Positions 14,497-27,192 of a DNA stretch of 64,000 bases are shown here, in pieces. Numbering within the stretch: position 1 is the first letter of the stretch; every line of letters starts with the position of its first letter. The stretch lies in contig NW_021824845.1 of assembly GCF_006345805.1 (NCBI RefSeq), forward strand, positions 1,975 to 65,974, given 5' to 3'. Made by a program: the position numbers and the translations under genes. The notes beneath the pieces were generated by a model. That model was not told the origin of the DNA and made no database searches. It was given only the letters and a program-made list of their open reading frames with translations. The stretch is from Octopus sinensis (Eukaryota).

Positions 14497-15384
14497 ACAA
14501 CAAAATTAGAGAATGGAGAAACATACTTAAATCAATAAAACATCAACTATCCGATGATACCCAATCAATACTTTAATACACCATTACATATGAGTAAAGG
14601 CATTATATAAAATGAGATATACAGTAATAGTAAAAAGAAAAGAGATATAAGTCAAAACTTTTCAAATATAATATGCAATTAAATCAAAACTGACAGCTTT
14701 TTCGGCAGTGAGGGCAGTTATACCTCATTTAAACCTCTTAGCCATAAAGGCAGGTTAAATGAGGCATTAACAAGGATGCCCCACGGCCTCTTCAGAGAAT
14801 TAAATTAAATTTGTTATATTGTGAAAAATAATATAACCATATACATATATATAAAAATATAAAAATGTAAAATATAAAAAATATAAAAACTTATACATCA
14901 TAATGCTACACTTATATAATATATCTTAATGGTACAATAAAGGAAGGTAAACAGAACAAAATAAAAACAATATATATCAGTGTATATACTAATATTAATA
15001 AGTACCGATATTATACATATTTGGCTAATAGTTTCAAAAAAAAAAAAAAAACTAACACATAGGGAGATGAAAAATAAAATTAAAACCATTGTTCAGTTCA
15101 TAAATTCTAAAGCTATGAAGTTATAAAAATTACTATAATATTAATAATAATAATATAATAATAAAAATAATAATAATAATATTAATAGATACAGTTAAGT
15201 TAGCACCAAGTCCATCCTTTCAAGATCGAAATAACTGTGAGTTTTAGAAATGCTGATCACTAGGTAAAGAAAATTTAGATTAATTCGATTGGCTATTGGT
15301 TTGAAATTTAAATCACAAAAGAAAATTATACGGTTGGTTAGTCACGGAACGCCAATATTCACACACGCATCTACAGATCAATCG
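14497..15384 (-). repeat. Right arm of ~890-bp inverted repeat
   Basis: Reverse complement of 12159-13047. Confidence 0.9.
14688..14797 (-). ncRNA. Second copy of the extended-helix-II hammerhead, with a C15.2>A mutation (GAAAAAGCTGTC)
   Basis: Reverse complement reads CTGAAGAGGCCGTGGGGC...CCCTCACTGCCGAAAAAGCTGTCAG. Confidence 0.65.
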
Positions 15385-15924
15385 CATACATATATATATA
15401 CATACATATATATATACATATAAATATACATATATATATACATATACATACATATACATATATACATGTACATATATAGATGTATACGTATATACATATA
15501 TATATATAGACATATACATATATATATATACATATACACATATATACATATATACATGTACATATACATATATACATATATACATATATACACATATATA
15601 TACACATATATATACACACACACATATATATATATATACACATATATAAATATACACATATATATATATATAAATATACATATATATATACACACATATA
15701 TATATGTACACATATGTATACACACATATATATACACACATATATATACACATAAATATATACACATATATATATGCACATATATACATGCACATATATA
15801 CATACATATATATATATATACACACATATATACATATACATATTATATGCATACATGTATGTATGTTTGTATGTAAGTATGAATGTCTACAGATGAGTAA
15901 ATGTTTCGATGTGTGTGTGTGTAT

Positions 15925-16250
15925 ACAGGTGAAGACACCCTTCGTTCATGAATGACCATGGGTTTAACGTAGAAAATTCCCTTCCAAAGCACAAGTCTGG
16001 CCAAGGTTGTTTATGGAAGACCAGCCCCCATCTCGCCGCCCCACTGATGTCATCCAAAGGAAAGGGCAAAGGAGCCGATACAGTTTGGCACCACTGACGT
16101 CACAACTCATTTCTACAGCTGAATGTACTGGAACAACGTGAAATAACGTGTGTTACTCAAGAACACAACATACAAACCTGTCCAAAAATTGAACTCACTC
16201 CCTCATTATTATGAATCGACGCTCTAACAACCGAGCCACGCGCCTTCACG
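15925..16250 (-). mobile_element. tRNA-derived SINE
   Basis: Minus strand begins gtgaaggcgcgtggctcggttgttagagc (A-box-like) and has gagttcaatt (B-box-like). Confidence 0.7.
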
Positions 16251-16312
16251 CCTATATGTGAATGTGTATACATTGTGTGTGTCCTTGAGTGTGTGTGTGT
16301 TTGTGCATATAC

Positions 16313-16348
<36 letters not shown>

Positions 16349-16435
16349 CGTGTGTGTGACTGTGTGTGTGTGTATCTGCGTTATTCTCTCATTTGCTAGT
16401 CTGTGGGAAAGACCCATGACCTTTGCCGCTCTACA

Positions 16436-17340
16436 CTAACCTCTAAAAATCTGCTTAAACCGTTGCAGGAAGATATGAGCATGCAACAGAATCCAAAGAG
16501 CCGATAATCGGGGGGGGGGGGCCGGATTACTGGCTCTAGGAGGTCCTAAGTGTCTCTGATGATCTGTCTCAACCCCAACAAAGAGGAGTGCAAAGTCGGG
16601 AGAGTCGAGCGATGGCAATATGAAGCGAAACTTTTTCAGAGAGAACAGGTTATTTTACTAATGGTAGAAAAGAAAATACAAAGATGAGGCAGCGAGGCTG
16701 TGGGCCTGAGACACGAGTGTGTTCTTTAATAATTATCAATCTGTGGCTAGCTTTTTCTCCGAATGCTATCCAAGACGGTTGCGTTGGCAGTGACAGAACT
16801 GTCTTAGATATGGTAGCAGTACCCTATTTGTAAGCCTCTTTCCTTGCACATAGTCAGCAGCTATGGGAATTAAAATACCCTGTGGCTTCACAGAAAGGGG
16901 CTAGTATTTAGGCTGCTGTCCTACATATCCATAGAGTATGATTTCACCAGGACGGATCCCTGATGATAGTAAGGTCCAGCATTTGAAACAGCAACAAGGG
17001 CACTCTATGTGTACCACACATGTTTGTTGAGTGTGGTGCAGTGCTATTTTCTTAACATGAGTAAGGCTTGAGCTTTTAAGGTTGTTTTGGTGTTTTTTGC
17101 TCTTAAAAGAGACAAGTTAGGCATAACTCCAATGAAAGACTCACTCTTTCCGATCATGGTTGCAAATTTAATGTGGAGGGTAGGTCGTGTTTAGAGATTA
17201 CAAGCTCAGACGAAGTTGCGGTGAAAGGACTTGTCACCTGCATCATGGTGAGCGTTACTACAGAGGAGGGCGAGGAGAACATTGCGGTTAAGAAGGTACA
17301 GAGTTTGGGACAGACGCGAATCCTGTGAGGGACAGAAGAG
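16436..17340 (-). mobile_element. Highly degenerate CR1/L2-like LINE 3' fragment
   Basis: Remnant peptides VP(Q)G-like, LDSIRRK, SLAASSLYF and LWILLHAHIFLQRFKQ resemble the CR1/L2 RT C-terminus. Confidence 0.45.
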
Positions 17341-17532
17341 TGAGTGTGAGTTTTACAGAGATAGATTGATTGCTTACCATTCCTATTTCTAGGAATGAAT
17401 GGTGTCTCCGAATGAAACGTCGCTGTTTCCCGCCAAAGCAACGGGGTACTCGTTATTTTGAGTGTTCTCATCTCTACGGTATGTAGCAATGGATATACAT
17501 ACACACACAATATGTATGCATGTATGAGTGTA

Positions 17533-17566
<34 letters not shown>

Positions 17567-17685
17567 AGCGTGTGTGTATATATATATATATATATAACAA
17601 TGTAAGCATGCAGCGTGGAAGGTGTTTATAAGCCATTTAAGAAACACACAAAAACCGTTAGGTTCACTTCAACAATTAAATTTAA

Positions 17686-17736
17686 TTTGTCAAAATATTT
17701 TCGTCGCTTTGAGACCGCGACCTGTTCACTGACAAA
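17686..17736 (-). ncRNA. Type-I hammerhead motif with G3:C8 core swap (minus-strand copy)
   Basis: Reverse complement reads TTTGTCA GTGAACA G GTCGC ggtctcaaa GCGAC GAAA ATATT T TGACAAA. Confidence 0.7.
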
Positions 17737-17751
17737 ACTGCAGCACGAAGT

Positions 17752-17801
17752 TTTGTCAGTGAACAGGTCGCGTCTCAATGCGACGAAAATATTTTGACAA
17801 A
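17752..17801 (+). ncRNA. Type-I hammerhead motif with G3:C8 core swap (plus-strand copy)
   Basis: 7-bp helix I TTTGTCA/TGACAAA, core GTGAACA (17759-65), 5-bp helix II GTCGC/GCGAC, GAAA (17785-88), palindromic helix III AATATT, H17=U at 17794. Confidence 0.7.
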
Positions 17802-19610
17802 TTAAATTTAATTGTTGAAGTGAACCTAACGGTTTTTGTGTGTTTCTTATAAACACCTTCCACGCTGCAATTGTTTTCGTTCCAGCACACGATCTCAGAT
17901 CAAGTCACTCGCTATGCAAGTACATCTCCGTAAATGTAAGCATAGAAGGGAGCATATACACATGCACAGATATATATATGTTTGGATATACGCACATGGG
18001 CATATATGAATTCTTATTTATATATGAATGTCTATATGCTTGTATAAAGATGTATGTACGCACGTATTTAGGAATGCGTGTAACAATGCTCCTACCATAA
18101 TATATATTCGCATAGCATCACTTGTCTATCTAAACTTATCTCGTTCTATATTCCAATTCTTTCACTCTCCCATTATAAATAGATACTTGTCTCTTTCTCG
18201 TCTTCTCTCTCCCCACCCCATATATGTGTGTGTGTGTGTGTGTGTACACATTCACATATATATATATTTCAGATGTATATATACATATATATAAACACAT
18301 ATTTATATACTTATGTTGCTCATGCACACACGCACATACATGTGTCACTACCATTCTATCTCCAAGTATTTTTATTTCTTTATCCAATTTCCGGTACGTT
18401 TTTTGAGAGCATCGTCCCCCTCCAAGTCAACCACCCACCAGCCCTCCGCTGCACCATTCCGCCATCGCTGCATCTCTCCACTTCACGTCTGCAATGATCC
18501 GACCACCACCACCACCACTCCAAACCCTTTAAGTTGGTACCTTTTAAAATTCCTACCTTCAAGATAATCTTTTTTGCGCTTCCTCAATTGTTTTGTCTGT
18601 AGTTATTGCCAAATGGCTCTATGTTGGCGATGGTAGCGCTGCGATTGTTGCTGGTGCTGTTGCTGCTGAGGCGGATAATAATAATATAAATAATAATAAT
18701 AATAATAAAAGTAATAATGATAGACGTGATATAGGCGATGGTTGGTGGCGTTGCGATAGCAATGGTGCTTTTGTGATATTCTTTTATACCGTACAAAATC
18801 CAATATTTGGGAATCTGTATTATTACGTACCTGCAAACATACATACATGCAAACACGTGCATACACACATGTATATATTTACATACATACATACATATAT
18901 ACATACATACATGTATATATATATATACATACATATACATACATACATACATACATGTATATATATATACATACATATACATACATACATGTATATACAC
19001 ACTATACAACTATACACACACGCCTATACATATATGCGAATGTATAGATATATATCATTGCATAGTCGTGTATTCCTATGTTTAGGTATACCTTCATATA
19101 TATACATATATATATATGCGTATGTGTGTATGTGTGTGTGTGCTGATTAATATGTACTTGATATGAAATATATATAATATATGAATATATATACATACAT
19201 ATGTACATGCATGTGTATGTTTATACAGATGAATGACGCATATATATTATTTATATAAGTCTATATATATCAATTATATTAATTGCGTGTATATGTGTGT
19301 GTGTATACATGTCCGCATGTGTATATAAAAACAGTAGTATATAACATTACGCATGCACTTAAGTATGTGCGTATAATTTATACAGATTCGTTCTGTTTCA
19401 AAGGACTTTTATAGAGATAGATGATCACGATATATATATATATAGATAGAGAGATAGATAAAGAGAGAGAGAGGGGCGGGAGAGTTCTTTAATCTATATT
19501 GTTGCATCCATTGTCCAGATTCGCGCACACCTTTATATACACCTGCACACACGAACAGGAGCAAACACATTTATAGACACACACACACACATTCATACAC
19601 CTCTCTTTCC

Positions 19611-19641
<31 letters not shown>

Positions 19642-20038
19642 TCTAAGTATACTTGTATGTGTGTGTATGTGTGCATACTCAATTACTTATCTCTGTGCAT
19701 ATGCCAAGAGATATACACTAACATATACGGGTGAACGTAAACATGCGCATAACTGGGCGTGTGTCTGCATAAGCTTGTTCGTGTGTATTTGTACCAGACG
19801 GGAATACACTTTTCTTGCAAAATATCTCTGACCAAACCTTGCTATTAACTGATGGAACCACTGATTCTTTCTTTGTTTCTATTGTTCTTTCTTTCTCCCT
19901 TTTCTCTCTTACACACACACCATCAGTATGTATGTACGAATGGATGGATGGATAGATAGAGAGATAGAGAGATAGATAGACAGAAACATAGGTACATAGA
20001 TAAATATACTGGCGTATATATATATGCATATATCTATA

Positions 20039-20075
<37 letters not shown>

Positions 20076-20089
20076 TCTTACTCTTATTT

Positions 20090-20295
20090 GTTTCAGTCAT
20101 TTGACTGTGGCCATGTTGGAGCACCGCCTTTAGTCGAGCAAATCGACCCCGGGACTTATTCTTTGTAAGCCCAGTACTTATTCTATCGGTCTGTTTTGCC
20201 GAACCGCTAAGTGACGGGGGCGTAAACACACCAGCATCGTTTTTCAAGCAATGCTAGGGGGACAAACACAGACACACAAACACACACATACATAT
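20090..20295 (-). mobile_element. 3' part of a SINE split by a solo LTR
   Basis: tcatttgactgtggccatgttggagcaccgcc...ggggacaaacacagac matches other SINE copies in the window. Confidence 0.75.
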
Positions 20296-21421
20296 TGTTA
20301 CGGTTGGCTAGGTGCATTTCTGGTGACCCACATAGGAATAATGGCACCATGTTGTCTGGTGAAAATGTGACAGTCTTTTGTCTAATGGAGGACTAATGGG
20401 TTTTGGAATGACCTGTGACCTCGTGCGGCTGAGAAGAGGGTCAGGAGAATGTGAGAGAGGAAGACAGATTAAGGGCTGAGAGCAAATAGAGATAGGGTAT
20501 AAGCAGTAGGGGACGGATGGAGAGGCTAAGAGACAGCAGGCGATATAGATAGAGTAAGGAATCAGAGAGCAAATAGAAAGGCTAAGAGACAGCAGGCGAT
20601 ATAGATAGGATATAAGGACCAGGGCAGTTAGAGAGGGTGTGAGCGGTACAGAGGGAGATGAGGGGAGTGGAAGAAAGGCAGGACAAGGAAGTGTGGTTCT
20701 GGCGGTGGGTAGTTGGTCGTCAAGAAGGGCAGTCGTTGAGCGGTCGTCGAGGAACACAGACGGATCTTGGAGTCGCTGGCCGGTCCTCGAAGAAGACAGA
20801 CGGACCTTGGATTTAAGGAGCAAGCGTTGGAATTCTTAGGAGCAAATTGGATGCGAGAAAGCTTGGCGGCGCAGAAGGGAATTAGCAGTATTCAGAGGAA
20901 TTAGCAGTATTGAGAGGAATGGGACACTGGCAGATTCAATTAGGAATTGAGGTATGTGTTTGTGCATTGATATGTGTCACGGTGTATTGAACAGTGAAAA
21001 GAACAGTCAAGGACTCTGTCGATGTGGAGAAGAAGAGTAAAGGACTTGTTGATTGTGATGTTTAGGAAGAGACTTTAAAGAACTGTTGTCTTCGGACGTG
21101 TACTCTTGAAATGCTGTTGTATTATGCGTTGATCTGTTGCATGATGTATTGAGTAGTCACGTGCATGTCTTCCTTTAAATGTCTGCCTTAAATGTATTTG
21201 ATGTGTAGCAATTGATTGTCGTATAAACTGTTGTTTGAATATATAAGCCAGTGTCTCTGTTGCCTTGCCTCTCTTTGGGTTGTATCTCGGGTTGTGCCTC
21301 TGTATATATGTGCTGCTGCGGTTGTGGTTGTTGTTGTATCTCTCCTCTCCTCCTCTTTGGGTTCCGTGGCGGAACTTGTGTGAGCCGTTCGGGACGGGCG
21401 ACGACGGGTGATTCCGTAACA
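20296..21421. mobile_element. Solo LTR (1126 bp), Ty3/Gypsy-like termini
   Basis: Begins TGTTACGG and ends CCGTAACA (8-bp terminal inverted repeat with TG..CA). ATAT flanks both sides as a candidate 4-bp TSD. Confidence 0.8.
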
Positions 21422-21600
21422 ATATATATATATATATACGACAGGCTTCTTTCAGTTTCCATCTACCAAATCCACTCACAAGGCATTGGTCGGCCCGGGG
21501 CTATAGCAGAAGACACTTGCCCAAGATGCCATGCAGTGGGACTGAACCAGGAACCATGTGGTTGGTTAGCAAGTTACTTACCACACAGCCACTCCTGCGC
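21422..21600 (-). mobile_element. 5' head of the SINE split by the solo LTR
   Basis: Reverse complement starts ggcgcaggagtggctgtgtggtaagtaac..ggttcagtcccact (tRNA-like head). Confidence 0.8.
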
Positions 21601-21613
21601 CTATATAGATATG

Positions 21614-21647
<34 letters not shown>

Positions 21648-21765
21648 TATACACAATTAATATATTATATACATATATATATACACATTTATATATATAT
21701 ATACATATATATATATACAATTATATATATATATACATATTATATATACATATATATCTATACAT

Positions 21766-21797
<32 letters not shown>

Positions 21798-22011
21798 TAT
21801 ATACATATTATATATACCTATATATATATACAATTATATATATACATATATATAATATACATTATATATATATATATACATATATATATATCCATTATAT
21901 ATATATATATACACTATATATATTATATATATACATATATATATATACAATTATATATATTATATATACACATATATATATATACAATTATATATATATA
22001 TATCCACATAT

Positions 22012-22069
<58 letters not shown>

Positions 22070-22092
22070 CATATATTATATATACAATATAT

Positions 22093-22124
<32 letters not shown>

Positions 22125-22248
22125 ATATATACATATATATATATATATATATAATATATATATATATATATCTATACATATAATATACATATATTAATAT
22201 ATACATATATATTATACATATATATATATATACCTATATATATATATC

Positions 22249-22286
<38 letters not shown>

Positions 22287-22325
22287 CATATATAATACAT
22301 ATATATATATACATCATATATATAC

Positions 22326-22356
<31 letters not shown>

Positions 22357-22377
22357 TATATACATATATATATATAC

Positions 22378-22408
<31 letters not shown>

Positions 22409-22632
22409 CATATATATATATACCATATATATAATATCTATATATATATCTATATATCTATATATATATATAATATATATATACATAATATATACATATT
22501 ATATATACTATATATATATACATATATATATTATCATACATAATATATATACATACATATATATATATATCCCTACATATATATATAATATCCTACATAT
22601 ATATAATATATTACATACAATATATATAATAT

Positions 22633-22663
<31 letters not shown>

Positions 22664-22685
22664 CATACATATATATATAATATAT

Positions 22686-22725
<40 letters not shown>

Positions 22726-22970
22726 TATATATATATACATATTATACAATATATATATATATATACATTCTATATATATATATATTACTAATTATATATA
22801 TATACATATACATATATATATATAATATAATATAATATACATCTACTATAATATATATACATATATATATATAATATATATCTATATAATTATATATATA
22901 TATATATATTATATATATATAATACATATATATATATACTATATATATATATATACATATATATATATAC

Positions 22971-23001
<31 letters not shown>

Positions 23002-23004
23002 CAG

Positions 23005-23040
<36 letters not shown>

Positions 23041-23525
23041 CATATATATATAGATATATATACATATATATATATACATATATATATACATCTATATATA
23101 TACATATATATATATACATATATATATATAGACATACATATATATATATACATACATATATATATATATATACATACATATATATATATATATCCTATAC
23201 ATATATATATATATATATACATACATATATATATATATATATACATACATATATATATATATATATATACATACATATATATAATAAATATACATACATA
23301 TCATATATATATATATAATCTACATATATCTATATATACATATATATACATATATATATATATTATACATATATCTACATATATATAATATATATATATA
23401 CATATACATATATATATCATATATATACTATATCTATATATAATATACATATATATATATATATATATAATATATATCTATATATTATATATTCTATATT
23501 ATATATATATATATATACATATATA
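21601..23525. repeat. Degenerate (TA)n/(TACA)n array, ~1.9 kb
   Basis: Directly visible. Confidence 0.95.
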
Positions 23526-23640
23526 GTGACGCATATTTGCCATTGGTCGGCCCGGGGCTATAGCAGAAGACACTTGCCCAAGATGCCATGCATGGGACTG
23601 ACTTGTATATATATATATATATATATATTCTATATACTCT

Positions 23641-23749
23641 TTTTATAGAAGGAGCTTCTACAGGGCTAGAACTGTTTCATTCAAATGAAATCATCCTGAT
23701 ATTTCATTTGAATGAAACAGTTCTAGTCCTGGAAGCTCATTCTATAAAA
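23641..23749. repeat. Short fold-back repeat (~50-bp arms)
   Basis: ttttatagaaggagcttc..ctagaactgtttcattcaaatgaaat / atttcatttgaatgaaacagttctag..gaagctc.ttctataaaa. Confidence 0.85.
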
Positions 23750-24077
23750 TTTAATTTACTCTGCCATGTATTGAGTACCTTATTTACTGTGGTTAACCCC
23801 GACTCAACCCGGGACCTACATATATATACAATTATATATATATATATATATCGACATATACACACATACATATATGCTTACTCTACGTACGCGTATATAT
23901 GTATGTGTATATGTATGTATATAATTTTAAATAAATAGGTATTTATATGAATTTTTGTTTAATCTACCTAAACACATATTCAGTCCATTTACTAGATTTG
24001 GTCTTGTTAGATGTAAACTATAATTTACTTATTACAATACACATAGAACATATGCACACACAGACACACACGTATAT

Positions 24078-24150
<73 letters not shown>

Positions 24151-24507
24151 AAGCATGGACATAAATACCTATAACATATGTGCTTACGTAACTTCTTCGT
24201 ACTCGTGGTGTCTATAATTGTCTTTTATAATCTTTGTATATTCTGTTTCTCTTTTTCTGAAATCTGTTTCCTCGAATTTGCTTAAAAAAATATTCCATTT
24301 TCTTTGCATTTTCCAAAATTTTCTCTCAGTATTTCCTATTTCAACAACGTTTCCAAAATTTCTTTACACCTTTTTCTCTCTAATTTCTTTTCTTCTTGTT
24401 GCTTTTCTTTTATTTTTGGAGTTGCTCGCATTCGTATGTATGTATATATATTATATATATATATATATATATATTTGTATGTTTATTTATATATATATAT
24501 ATAATAT

Positions 24508-24564
<57 letters not shown>

Positions 24565-24716
24565 ATATATATATAAATATATATACATGTATTATATATA
24601 TATGTATATATATATTTGTATGTATATATATATGCATATATATATATATATATATATTTGTATGTATATATATATACATATATATTTGTATGTATGTATG
24701 TATGTATGTATGTATG

Positions 24717-24765
<49 letters not shown>

Positions 24766-25410
24766 CCTCTGTTTGTTTTAATTTTGCTTCGTTTACGTAT
24801 CTTGGGGCAAAATAAAACTTCTTCAAATTCATCATCATCATTATCATCGGCATTATCATCTTCATCGTCATCGTTGTCATCACCACCACCACGACCATCA
24901 TCATCAGTATCATCAACACCACCTCCACTATCATCATTACCACCCCTACCGTCATCATCATCCTCGTCGTCGTCGTCGTCATCTTCGCCGTCGTCACTAT
25001 CACCATCATCATTATTATCACAATCATCATCAAGGGCGTAAATGCCATCATATTTAGTGTGTTATGCAAAATAGTTTTTCACCATTATTGACACCAGCAC
25101 CATAAGCAGCAACAACAGCAGGAAAACCACAATCATCATCATCATCATCGCCATCAAAAGCAACAACGTCAACAATGACAACAAAATGATGATCTCTGAG
25201 AATAAAATGTGTTTTTTTTTAGTCATTTGTATTCTTCGCCATTCTTTTATTCCAGATCAAAGAGCAAAAATCTCAGCCTCAGTTCTTTCATTTAATTTCC
25301 TAGATGTCAGTTCAACCTAATCTAATAATCTGTCTACCTACCTACCTACCTACCTATCCATCTATCATTCTACCTACCTATCGCTCGATCATTCCATCTA
25401 CCTATCTCTC

Positions 25411-25446
<36 letters not shown>

Positions 25447-25654
25447 CCTATCTATCTGTAGGTCTGTCTCTCTCTCTATCCTGCTCATCTATTTATCAGT
25501 TTGTCTGACACCCACCTGACGTCCTGTTTATCAATCAATCCATGAATTTATTTACCTCATTTTTTATACATGCCTATCTGTGTGTGTGTGTACTTGTGTG
25601 TGCCTATTAATTATATATGTACGTCACACACGCGCGCATACATGCACACGCACA

Positions 25655-26300
25655 TACATGGGTTTTGTTCCGAAAGTAATACAAAAGTAAGCATAACTCT
25701 TTTTTATTATGTGACATGGGGCATGGTTTTTGTACGTATTGACCGATGAGCTCTCCCTCTATACAAAAATTATACTCACCATGTGACGTATTTATGCCTC
25801 CATTAGAACTAGCTTGCTAATCTGCTTTGAAAAATATTCAGGTCAGCACTATTGCCCCGAATCCTTCATAGTCACTTTTATGTCATGTGTTATCGAATAA
25901 TTATTCTCTACGAAGTCTATTGCTCGCTGGACCGAAGAGGTGGAAGTCGAAGAACACCAGATCCGAACTGTTTAATGGATGGGGAAACCATTGACCAGCC
26001 CGAGTTGCTGATTGCTTGATTTGTTGCACCTTGTCATAATCAATGTAAATCATTTTCAGATGTTTGGTCTCTAAGCCTTTTGAGGTTTTCTGTATACTAC
26101 TCAATGTTCACGGTACAGTTGTTCCGTACATTGTTCTTCTTAATGGTGTCATCTCTGTAAACAATCTGCTGCCTTCTGTTAATGAAGGGCAGCCAGTACT
26201 CTTCCTTCGTCAAGAATCCAATGAAGGTAAGTTCCCTCTGTTCTGAAGCCGTTCTTTTGCTTGCAATAAAGAACAGAAAGAAGTATAACAATGGAAAAAA
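25655..26300 (-). mobile_element. Internally deleted mariner-like transposon
   Basis: N-terminal FIGFLTKE..INRRQQIVYRDDTI..VR, C-terminal PHPLNSSDLVFFDFHLFG (YSPDLAP-like), and a TA-flanked TIR-like TACATGGGTTTTGTTCCGAAAGTAATAC at 25655. Confidence 0.75.
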
Positions 26301-26861
26301 ATTTTTCTACCAACAAACGTAAGTTGAGCGAGGTTTGCAGTTAAATAAAAGTTCTAGGACTGTTTTCGATGAAATTATTTTCATGGCGTTCCTAATTGCA
26401 GTTTATTAATTCGAATAAATCTAAAGCAATTAGAATCATTCTAAATATACAACCTTAGATTCATGCTTAAAGAGCTAATTCTATCCAAGAAACTTGGATA
26501 GCAGACGGTGATAAGGAAAGGAACTGTATATGAATAGCACAAAGTTATGGATATCGAGATAAATATATTGATTAAAGATCTACTGGATACAAAGGCCCTG
26601 TTTAATTTAAGTGTAATGCATGAAGGAATGAGGTAAGATATGAGATATTAATACTTTAACTGGTCTTTAATTTCTATCGTGCTACAAGTTTAAGTTTACC
26701 AGAGTGAAATAAGTTTAAGGTAAATATTAAAAAAAAACGTATGACAAATCCCACTTGGATATATATATATATATTAGAGAGAGAGAGAGAGTAAAAAGTT
26801 TTGAATGGTACAACAATGCACTATAATACAAACAATGGGCTATATACATGTTGTAATTTAG

Positions 26862-26920
26862 TCATCCAAAGTCTGATGATATTTCGGAATAAATATTCCT
26901 TCTTCAGATATTCTTAGATG
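26862..26920 (-). ncRNA. Minimal hammerhead motif in the 3' pLTR
   Basis: Reverse complement reads at-CTGAAGA-A-GGAATA tt TATTCC-GAAA-TATC-at, with an ATAT palindrome and AUC site. Helix I is short or interrupted. Confidence 0.6.
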
Positions 26921-27192
26921 GAGCCGCTGCAATAATCGGTTTTCCAAACTTTTTTTTTTGGAAGCGTCTCAGCAGTGAACTCACGAAGCTCCTTCCGGAA
27001 TTCCTCATGAAAAATGTGTGAGATCGGCCATGTCTCAATCTCGTGTGTGCTGGCTTATCCGTAGCGCTACTTCTAAGTTATATATTATACATGCAGCTTC
27101 CTTTTTCTTCCCTTTTTTCTCTTCTTTTTTTTTAATTATAAACTACAGATGAGCATATTATCAAAAATGAACCTACACGCATCCAGATGTAT

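Larger units (their letters stand above)
17609..17869. repeat. Near-perfect palindrome (~120-130 bp arms, 9-nt loop at 17740-17748)
   Basis: tgcagcgtggaagg...gacaaaact / agttttgtc...ccttccacgctgca. Confidence 0.95.

Noticed and set aside
16555-16645. CTGATGA...GAAACTTTTTC hammerhead-like spacing
   Set aside because: There is no helix II or III pairing, and it lies antisense to a CR1 remnant, so it is probably chance.
24784-25160. Ser/Met-rich ORFs
   Set aside because: These are (CAT)n/(CGT)n trinucleotide low-complexity sequence.
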